DNA of 64,000 nucleotides, taken from the NCBI GenBank assembly GCA_041740795.1, contig JBGSLH010000016.1, forward strand, positions 3,431 through 67,430, written 5' to 3'. The stretch is from Minisyncoccia bacterium (GTDB lineage Bacteria; Patescibacteriota; Minisyncoccia; Phycocordibacterales; JAACPR01). Under the pieces are notes generated by a model. It ran no database searches, was not told the DNA's origin, and saw nothing but the letters and a program-made list of their open reading frames with translations. A program made the translations under genes and the position numbers. Below, piece after piece: positions 49,073 to 55,607 of this stretch (position 1 is the first letter of the stretch; every line of letters starts with the position of its first letter).

Positions 49073-49525
49073 ATGAGCATTATTGAACAAATCAAATCAG
49101 ACATGAAAGACGCAATGCGAGCCAAGGATGCATCAGCTCTCACAGCAATCCGAGGCCTTCTCTCTGCCTTTACAAATGAACTTGTAGCTATCGGAAGGAC
49201 TCCCCAGGACACACTCTCTGACGACGAGACTCTTGTCGTAATTAAACGTGCATCAAAACAGCGCAAGGATGCGATCGAACAGTTCGAAAAAGGCGGACGT
49301 CCAGAACTTGCAGAAGGTGAAAAACTCGAACTTGCCGTTATTGAAAAATATCTACCAGCGATGATGAGTATTGATAAGATAAAAGTAATTGCAGAAGCAA
49401 AGATTACGGACTTCGGTGGCGACAAAACAAAACTAGGACAGATTATCGGCGCAGTACTCAAAGAAACAGCAGGGCAAGCCGATGGCGGAGACGTGAAGAA
49501 GGTCGTGACTGAATTATTGAGTTAA
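49073..49525 (+). CDS. GatB/YqeY domain protein
   Basis: IKSDMKDAMRAKD, VIKRASKQRKDAIEQF, VIEKYLP. Confidence 0.85.
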   Translation: MSIIEQIKSDMKDAMRAKDASALTAIRGLLSAFTNELVAIGRTPQDTLSDDETLVVIKRASKQRKDAIEQFEKGGRPELAEGEKLELAVIEKYLPAMMSIDKIKVIAEAKITDFGGDKTKLGQIIGAVLKETAGQADGGDVKKVVTELLS

Positions 49526-49527
49526 AA

Positions 49528-49711
49528 CTGGCAGAAGAGGTGTGAGGTCGGAACGATTCTGCAAACTTCTTCAAAACACGAAAAATCCTGGAAATAAATT
49601 CTGACAACTGGGTGCCGTAATCGGCGGGTCCCGGGAGGAATTTATTTCCAGGATTTTTCTATGTTTTATTAAGTCGAAGCCTAAGTGTAGGCCCCGTATC
49701 TCATCTGCCAG
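49528..49711. repeat. Long-hairpin intergenic element, copy 2
   Basis: It fills the whole gap between convergent stop codons. The outer stem is CTGGCAGA../..TCTGCCAG. A perfect 22-bp inner stem 49580-49601/49638-49659 encloses the apex 25-mer CTGGGTGCCGTAATCGGCGGGTCCC at 49608-49632. Confidence 0.85.
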
Positions 49712-49712
49712 T

Positions 49713-50486
49713 TTATACCCTCTTCAACTCAAGACACATGAACATCGGAAATTCCTTGCGAGCAGCATTCTCTGCTTCAGCTCGAGGCCCTGGTTGACTG
49801 ACCTTGTGAGAAATCCATTCTTCAATCTTCGTGATCGCAAAATTATGTTTTGCAAATACTTTAGAATATACCTGAAGTGGCCTATGGAAAGACGATGTTA
49901 TTTGCTTATCTGTTTTTTGTCCAGGATTCATGTCGATTGAAATTTCTTTCTCACTCATATATAGATCCATAACTTTGGATTGAGTTTTTTTCTTTTCGTT
50001 GTATATCCAGTCTCCATACTGTGGAATTCTGAATGCAGGATGGTTGAGCACGAGATAGATTCTTCCCTTCGGTGCAAGGAGTCGTGAGAGATTTGAAACC
50101 ACGAGATTTAAATGCTTCATGTTCTGGATCGCAAGCACGATTGTAATGACGTCAAATGTTTGTCCTCTTAGTATCACAGAGTCTTCTGCACTACCTACAG
50201 TATATGAAATTTCCTTATGATTTTTTTGAGCAATGGCGATGAGTTCCTTTCCAATATCGACTCCTGTCAGTTTTTTGGAAAAAGGAAGGAATTTTTCGAG
50301 CACAAACCCTTGTCCACATCCAAGCTCAAGAAGCGACTGATCTTTTTTGAGATCGACAAGCCGAATGAGATTAGGTAGCACAACTTGTGCATGGTATGTA
50401 TCATCTTCCTTGAGATGTGCGTCATACCAACTAGCCACCTTCCCCCATCCTGTTCCCTGTTGTTTTTTAGCATTATCTTTTTGCAT
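49713..50486 (-). CDS. Class I SAM-dependent methyltransferase
   Basis: LLELGCGQGFVLEKF (motif I) and FDVITIVLAIQNM. Confidence 0.8.
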   Translation of the reverse strand: MQKDNAKKQQGTGWGKVASWYDAHLKEDDTYHAQVVLPNLIRLVDLKKDQSLLELGCGQGFVLEKFLPFSKKLTGVDIGKELIAIAQKNHKEISYTVGSAEDSVILRGQTFDVITIVLAIQNMKHLNLVVSNLSRLLAPKGRIYLVLNHPAFRIPQYGDWIYNEKKKTQSKVMDLYMSEKEISIDMNPGQKTDKQITSSFHRPLQVYSKVFAKHNFAITKIEEWISHKVSQPGPRAEAENAARKEFPMFMCLELKRV

Positions 50487-50863
50487 ATATTGAAGTATTT
50501 GTGAATACTAGCATCTCATTCTTTCTTTTACAAAGTAGTATAAAGTTATCCACTGTATTTGAAGAAAAAAACTCCTATTTACCAACTTACAAGCGACTTA
50601 TCCACAGTTAACACACTTTTCAGTATTGACGTAAAAACATAAAAAAGAGTTATGCTATAGATAGGTTACTTTCATCATCTTTCCACTTTATTTTTCAAAC
50701 ACGGGACTTCAAGGACGCTTCTTTTGGGAGAGGCAACACGAAGACCCACTTATAGACAAACTGGATACACATTATGAACGTAGCCTTTCTTGCCAAACGT
50801 CGCCTTTATGAGAGGCGACTTTTGGTACCTGACATAGCCCTATATTTAATATTTTTACCCCCC

Positions 50864-50892
50864 TTGCTATTTATATACTAGTGTGTTATATT
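50864..50892 (+). promoter_or_regulatory. Putative sigma70-type promoter of the tRNA-like RNA
   Basis: TTGCTA (50864-50869), a 17-nt spacer, then TATATT (50887-50892). Confidence 0.5.
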
Positions 50893-50898
50893 AATCAT

Positions 50899-51070
50899 CG
50901 GAAGCAGTACGTCTCAAGTGTTAGCTTAATGGTAAAGCCGACCTCTCGTTTCAGGAAACCTCAATCCAGACGCAATGAGAGGTTTTATCCGAGTTCGACT
51001 CTTGGACACAGGAGACAGTACCAGCCGCAGACACACGGGCCCCGCACAACATATCGTGCGGGGCCCTTTC
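50899..51070 (+). ncRNA. Candidate tRNA-like small RNA (not a canonical tRNA)
   Basis: It has a D-arm GCTT-AATGGTA-AAGC (50924-50938) preceded by TA, and a T-arm CCGAG-TTCGACT-CTTGG (50989-51005). An 8-bp arm GACCTCTC/GAGAGGTT carries a 29-nt loop. The acceptor-like stem is extended and interrupted. It ends in the terminator GGGCCCCGCAC..GTGCGGGGCCCTTT (51037-51069). Confidence 0.45.
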
Positions 51071-51094
51071 ATATTGAGAATGCACAGTTTATTT

Positions 51095-51123
51095 TTGACC
51101 GTATCGAATATTAACTCTATAAT
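51095..51123 (+). promoter_or_regulatory. Near-consensus promoter giving a leaderless transcript
   Basis: TTGACC (51095-51100), a 17-nt spacer, then TATAAT (51118-51123). The ATG at 51130 begins 7 nt after the -10 box. Confidence 0.7.
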
Positions 51124-51129
51124 GTATGC

Positions 51130-51384
51130 ATGTCAGAAATTACCTTCGACGAAGACAAGACATTTCAACAATCTCTGGAACCAGAAACAATAATACCCAA
51201 AAAGGGTTTTGAAGGTTGGTTTTTTAAAAAATTTCCGGGAGGTTATTTATTTAAAAAATCCCTTTTATACGGACTGGTGATTGTACTTTTTTGCATTGCC
51301 CTGTTTTTTATCGCACTTGGAAGATTCAATATCCAAACGGAAAAATTAAAGTTTCAGGATCGTGTTAATAACACTCAGTCATGA
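51130..51384 (+). CDS. Small hypothetical membrane protein
   Basis: 84-aa ORF with a TM helix LLYGLVIVLFCIALFFIAL. Its stop overlaps the next start (ATGA). Confidence 0.5.
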   Translation: MSEITFDEDKTFQQSLEPETIIPKKGFEGWFFKKFPGGYLFKKSLLYGLVIVLFCIALFFIALGRFNIQTEKLKFQDRVNNTQS

Positions 51385-52064
51385 GAACAAAACACTCTCG
51401 CGCCTTTACTCTCATAGAGCTTCTCCTTGTGGCAGGTGTCATTTCAATACTAATGAGTGTTATTTTCTTCAGGGTAACTGAGGCCAAAAAAAAGGCTGAG
51501 GACGCACACATGGTCGCAGAGACAGCTCAAGTGAGCCGTGCAATCTATCAATACAAAGAGGACAACGGTGGTTTTGTTCCTCGAAGCCTAACGGTTACCT
51601 CAGGGACTATTCTAGAAAGGAATCCAGGAGAAGCAGGCCCTAATCAAGACTATGTTGAAGCATTTGAACCTCTCGTAACAGGAGGGTATCTACCATCAAT
51701 TCCGTACAGTCCTTCTGGTGAGGACTATGCATACATACTTGGTACAGACGGGATGAGCGCAGTTTTTGCAGCTGACTTAAATTATCAAAAATCAAATAGT
51801 TCCGCCTCAAATTCTTGTCCAATGAACCAGGCTACGTCTACGCAAGTCGACATGTCTTCTTGCACAACTGGAAAAACTTTTATGAGAAACGGGTTTAGTT
51901 TTTTCTTTGGAGACACACCATCCTGTCAAGCTGCGTTATATGACAGGACTACCCATACATGCTTTGAATACGAATATCCCACTCCTTGTCAAGTTTGTCC
52001 TATTGTTCAAGCCAATCTAATCTGTGACGGATCAAGCAACAGCGACTACTGTTCCTGTCTGTAA
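51381..52064 (+). CDS. Type IV pilin-like protein with a Cys-rich C-terminus
   Basis: Prepilin-type N-terminus MRTKHSRAFTLIELLLVAGVISIL. There are 9 cysteines in the last ~85 residues. Confidence 0.75.
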   Translation: MRTKHSRAFTLIELLLVAGVISILMSVIFFRVTEAKKKAEDAHMVAETAQVSRAIYQYKEDNGGFVPRSLTVTSGTILERNPGEAGPNQDYVEAFEPLVTGGYLPSIPYSPSGEDYAYILGTDGMSAVFAADLNYQKSNSSASNSCPMNQATSTQVDMSSCTTGKTFMRNGFSFFFGDTPSCQAALYDRTTHTCFEYEYPTPCQVCPIVQANLICDGSSNSDYCSCL

Positions 52065-52104
52065 CGGGAGGTTGTGGAACTGTTTTCTGTTGAGTGCGTG
52101 TGAA

Positions 52105-52506
52105 TTATTCACTCGTCTGACCATCAAACTCTGTCTCATGAGAAATGGCTTCTTCTTTTGTATCATGTTCAATACCATCCTTGTGATGTGCAGGAGAATA
52201 GATCGTGTACAACTTTAGCTTATTGATATCTGAAGTATTTATAACATTGTGTTTTGTACCAGCTGGAACTATTACGACGTCACCATCCGTAACTTCATAT
52301 TCTGTTTCACCAACAGTCATCTTTCCTGTCCCCTTTTCAAATCTAAAGAATTGATCATTCTCCATATGTGTTTCAAGACCAATTTCCTCTTGCGGATTGA
52401 GTGTCATGAGAACAAGTTGCATATGTTCACTTGTATACAGTACTTTTCTAAAGCTATTATTTTCAACTGTGAGTTGTTCTATATTTTGTTTGTATCCTTT
52501 TTTCAT
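52105..52506 (-). CDS. Cupin domain protein
   Basis: GLETHMENDQFFRFEKGTGKMTVGETEYEVTDGDVVIVPAGTKHNVINT, the two cupin motifs. Confidence 0.8.
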   Translation of the reverse strand: MKKGYKQNIEQLTVENNSFRKVLYTSEHMQLVLMTLNPQEEIGLETHMENDQFFRFEKGTGKMTVGETEYEVTDGDVVIVPAGTKHNVINTSDINKLKLYTIYSPAHHKDGIEHDTKEEAISHETEFDGQTSE

Positions 52507-52605
52507 AACATAAGTATATCACCAGTGCGGTTGATACTGAGCCTTCTCGTGATAGAACCAAACGCTTCTATTTTTTATCAAATAAAAAGTGGCTTGAAAT
52601 TTTAA

Positions 52606-53085
52606 TTATTCTAATATAGATATATCTGCATAATTAAACAGTATTCCAAATTGTTTACACCACGTCATAACATATTTATACTCACCAAGATCTATATCAT
52701 CAGGAATTGTATAATTAACATTACCTTTTGTAGCACGTATTTTACCCAAACTTACAAAATCTTTTGCTTTTAAATCTTTTGCGAGATAGACGTAGAGATA
52801 AGGTCCATTTATTGTTTCAAAATTTTCATAGCGAATTATCTTGCCTTCACTTGTATTGACTAACCTCACTTCCCCATTTGCAGGATGTCCTACTGATCCA
52901 ATAACTGAAGCAGAGACTATCTTTGTAGTAGTTGAATTTGAATCATTCTGAGAATCATTCATACTAACATCTGAATTTGGCAATGAATCATTGACTTCTA
53001 TCGTTATAAATATTGGTGAAATAAGATAATATCCTACAGCTAGTAAGAGAAAAATAAAAATGTATATTATGATTTTTTTCTTCAT
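52606..53085 (-). CDS. DM13 domain protein, membrane-anchored
   Basis: N-terminal TM helix, then GHPANGEVRLV..IIRYENFETINGPYLYVYL, which is DM13-like. Confidence 0.65.
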   Translation of the reverse strand: MKKKIIIYIFIFLLLAVGYYLISPIFITIEVNDSLPNSDVSMNDSQNDSNSTTTKIVSASVIGSVGHPANGEVRLVNTSEGKIIRYENFETINGPYLYVYLAKDLKAKDFVSLGKIRATKGNVNYTIPDDIDLGEYKYVMTWCKQFGILFNYADISILE

Positions 53086-53170
53086 ACCAAAAGTATATCA
53101 TGAAGAATTAATGTATTTTTACCTTGTCTTCCTCAAATATTCGAATTGGTTTTCTATTAATTATCAGTAA

Positions 53171-53779
53171 TTATTCAATAGGTAAACAATAATCACCAGT
53201 ACGCTCTACAAATTCTTCAGGTTCAGCTATCCCATCTCCATCATCATATGTCAAAGTTGCCATTTTTGGTAAATTTAAATTAATACTAAAATCACTAAGA
53301 ATAATCCAAAAAAACGCTTTATTCGCTCCACCAGCGCAAAGATAATAAGGGAAATCACCCTCGGCTAAAATCTCATAAACAAAATCAACATCGCCTAATC
53401 CACCAGAATACATCTTAAAACCAGCAGGCAATGCTTTTTTATCCATAAGCTCTGTAATGAAAGGAAGTTCTTGCGTCAAACTAGGATCAGGTCCTGATCC
53501 ATTATTTGCATATGTTATTCCAGCATTGTTAACCGTTATAATATCATACATACCCCCCTCATTCTCAAACGGATACTTCCCCTCATTTGTTCTGTATATC
53601 TCTAGTGCGGTTCTGACACTGAGTATCGCCTGCTCTAAAGCCGTCTTCTGTGCCCGCATACGTGCCTCCGCCATACTCGCCAACACCACACTCGATAGCA
53701 AAGTAATGATAGAGATCACGACTAACAATTCGATGAGAGTGAACCCTTCTTGCCATTTTTGTTTGATTTTAGATTTCAT
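53171..53779 (-). CDS. Type IV pilin-like protein
   Basis: Prepilin N-terminus KQKWQEGFTLIELLVVISIITLLSSVVLA. Confidence 0.78.
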   Translation of the reverse strand: MKSKIKQKWQEGFTLIELLVVISIITLLSSVVLASMAEARMRAQKTALEQAILSVRTALEIYRTNEGKYPFENEGGMYDIITVNNAGITYANNGSGPDPSLTQELPFITELMDKKALPAGFKMYSGGLGDVDFVYEILAEGDFPYYLCAGGANKAFFWIILSDFSINLNLPKMATLTYDDGDGIAEPEEFVERTGDYCLPIE

Positions 53780-53996
53780 TAGTTACTATTGTAACACTCA
53801 AATAATGTTTAAAAAAGATTCTTGTGTAAAACATAAAGCATATTCACGAAGACACTTTTAAACCCTTAATATGTCTCGGGTTGGGAATATTTTCATCATA
53901 TAACTTTGTGGTAGATATATCACAAAACACGCAGAATAAAGCTGTTTATACTTCCTTGATTCAAGCACTCTCGAGTGCTCGAGCTAACTCTCTAAT

Positions 53997-54071
53997 TGGT
54001 GACCCTACCGGGAATCGAACCCGGATTTACGCCTTGAGAAGGCGCTGTCCTAACCGTTAGACGATAGGGCC
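53997..54071 (-). tRNA. tRNA-Glu (anticodon CUC) with encoded CCA
   Basis: Hand-folded cloverleaf: acceptor GGCCCTA/TAGGGTC, D-arm GTCT-AACGGTTA-GGAC, anticodon arm GCGCC-TTCTCAA-GGCGT, 4-nt variable loop, T-arm CCGGG-TTCGATT-CCCGG, then ACCA. Confidence 0.9.
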
Positions 54072-54091
54072 ATGTTTGTGTTTTCAAAATA

Positions 54092-54154
54092 TCGTAGCCT
54101 TCTCATGAAGGCGCTGTCCGCTACCCTATTTTTTGGTTAGACGATAGGGCCATG
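54092..54154 (-). pseudogene. Partial duplicate of the 5' part of tRNA-Glu
   Basis: GAAGGCGCTGTCC and GTTAGACGATAGGGCCATG repeat the tRNA 5' region (about nt 1-35). Here 16 nt replace the 5-nt D-loop segment. Confidence 0.7.
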
Positions 54155-54201
54155 CTCTGTATAGTACCAAAAATATTGAGTAAATAAAGGCTTGGCAAAA
54201 T

Positions 54202-54240
54202 AAAACCCCCTGGACACGTATATGACGCGACCGGGGGTTT
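54202..54240 (-). terminator. Intrinsic terminator after the 54249..55436 gene
   Basis: AAACCCCC...GGGGGTTT hairpin. On the minus strand it is followed by TTTTATTTT. Confidence 0.65.
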
Positions 54241-54248
54241 CGAATTTT

Positions 54249-55436
54249 TCAACCTGCTTGTGCCAACCGCTTTTCTACATTGAGCCAGGTCAGGAGGATA
54301 TCCTGAATCTGTTCAAAGGTCAAAGCAGAAGGTTCCACCATGGATCGACTCTGGTTGGTACCATTGTAGATCCGACGATAACGTTGTTCAGGCTTCTTCA
54401 TTTCGTGGACATGCCACTGACAAAGCTCTTGAAGCGTGCCTTGGGCAATGAGTTGTTCGGGAGTCAACATGACCCCTCGTAGCTCAGCTTCATTCATCCT
54501 GAGCACACGGACGAACCCTTCGAGATTGCCGGCAAAACTTGGATTTACACCGACAAAGATGTTCTCTTTGGAACTCTTCAGCAACACGACATCAATCTTG
54601 AGATTGCGCGAGACGGCATCGAATTCGATTTCACAATCATTATAGCGTCCGTCGCTGCCGTCGATCATCAGAGTTCTCACTTTCCCAAAGGATGTTTTGA
54701 ACTCTTCAATGTGCGAGCTAGCTACTGTCAGTGCACGATCAAAAGAAGCCTGTTGCCTATCTTGTGCATCCTGTGCCATCTTGAGCCAGGATTCGCCTTC
54801 TTTGCCAAGCAATGTCGAGCACGCCTTGACGGTCAGGTGAATCCAAGGACGGTGGATGGAAAGAAAGCGCTTGCGCACCAACCTTCTCCGCTGTTCACCC
54901 GGAGGGGTAAGCATGAACTCACTTTTGACATTCTCTAAGAGTTCTCGTTCGCTCTGAATTATTGCTCGGATAATCTTGTATGCCCACTCCATAACAATTT
55001 CAGACGAGCGAGCAGGATCAGGTTCTCCGACACCGTAGCGATGCATCATATTGATGACACGTGTAATGGTGAAAGGATTCTTATTCTGAGCAAGTTCCTT
55101 GTCCCTGAAACCGACGACTTGGAGGAGATTGATGATCTCCGGCCTGTCTTCAATTCCGAGATATTCGGCAACGAGTAGGCAACAAGCCTTTTGGTCTTCC
55201 TTGCCATGATCATCGAGCTCTCCGCCCGCAACCCCAAAGAACAGTGTCTCAGGAAAATTGAGGTGAAAGTCGTTCGGCACGATTGATTGGATGTATCCAT
55301 ACTTCAAGTCGTCACTAATATCGAAGACTTCTTGTCCGTAGTCGAGGCAAAGCACTTCTCCGAGATACTCATCGAAATGAGTTCCTCCGTGAGAGATGAA
55401 TTGGTTGATTTTCCTTCTTCTGTTTTGGCTTTTCAA
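54249..55436 (-). CDS. Hypothetical protein with weak MYG1/UPF0160-like N-terminal motifs
   Basis: 395-aa ORF with a TTG start directly after an in-frame stop. SHGGTHFDE and GGELDDHG loosely resemble the MYG1 motifs THxGxFHxDE and GG.YD..DHH. It looks GC-richer than its neighbours. Confidence 0.4.
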   Translation of the reverse strand: MKSQNRRRKINQFISHGGTHFDEYLGEVLCLDYGQEVFDISDDLKYGYIQSIVPNDFHLNFPETLFFGVAGGELDDHGKEDQKACCLLVAEYLGIEDRPEIINLLQVVGFRDKELAQNKNPFTITRVINMMHRYGVGEPDPARSSEIVMEWAYKIIRAIIQSERELLENVKSEFMLTPPGEQRRRLVRKRFLSIHRPWIHLTVKACSTLLGKEGESWLKMAQDAQDRQQASFDRALTVASSHIEEFKTSFGKVRTLMIDGSDGRYNDCEIEFDAVSRNLKIDVVLLKSSKENIFVGVNPSFAGNLEGFVRVLRMNEAELRGVMLTPEQLIAQGTLQELCQWHVHEMKKPEQRYRRIYNGTNQSRSMVEPSALTFEQIQDILLTWLNVEKRLAQAG

Positions 55437-55520
55437 TCAAGTTGGTTTCTATTGGTTTGTTGGTTTTGATGAGCAACTCTTGTTCCATGCACGAAGTGCA
55501 CTTTACTCGAATTCGGCATA

Positions 55521-55548
55521 ATTATAACATATTTATGTAAAAAGTAAA
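55521..55548 (-). promoter_or_regulatory. Putative promoter (block shared with 62539-62566)
   Basis: On the minus strand: TTTACT, a 16-nt spacer, then TATAAT. The 14-mer TGTAAAAAGTAAAG at 55536-55549 is identical to 62554-62567. Confidence 0.55.
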
Positions 55549-55572
55549 GGGATTGAAGTTTCGTTTTATTAT

Positions 55573-55599
55573 GTCATCCCAGAATGAGTCCGGGATGAC
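55573..55599. repeat. Single-hairpin copy of the GTCATCCC...GGGATGAC repeat family
   Basis: GTCATCCCAGAatgagTCCGGGATGAC, 9 nt after the murF stop. Confidence 0.7.
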
Positions 55600-55607
55600 A
55601 AGCCTGA

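Noticed and set aside
50546-50606. Chromosomal origin (oriC) at the 50.5-51.1 kb intergenic region.
   Set aside because: There are only two DnaA boxes and no dnaA/dnaN nearby. Gene orientation converges around 37-52 kb (plus-strand genes to the left, minus-strand to the right), which is the opposite of what is expected at an origin. I also looked for a dif-like XerCD site in this convergent zone and found nothing convincing.
53964-53979. CIRCE-like inverted repeat AGCACTC-tc-GAGTGCT.
   Set aside because: The spacer is 2 nt rather than 9, and it lies 3' of tRNA-Glu rather than upstream of chaperone genes. No CIRCE is seen upstream of grpE, dnaK or dnaJ either.
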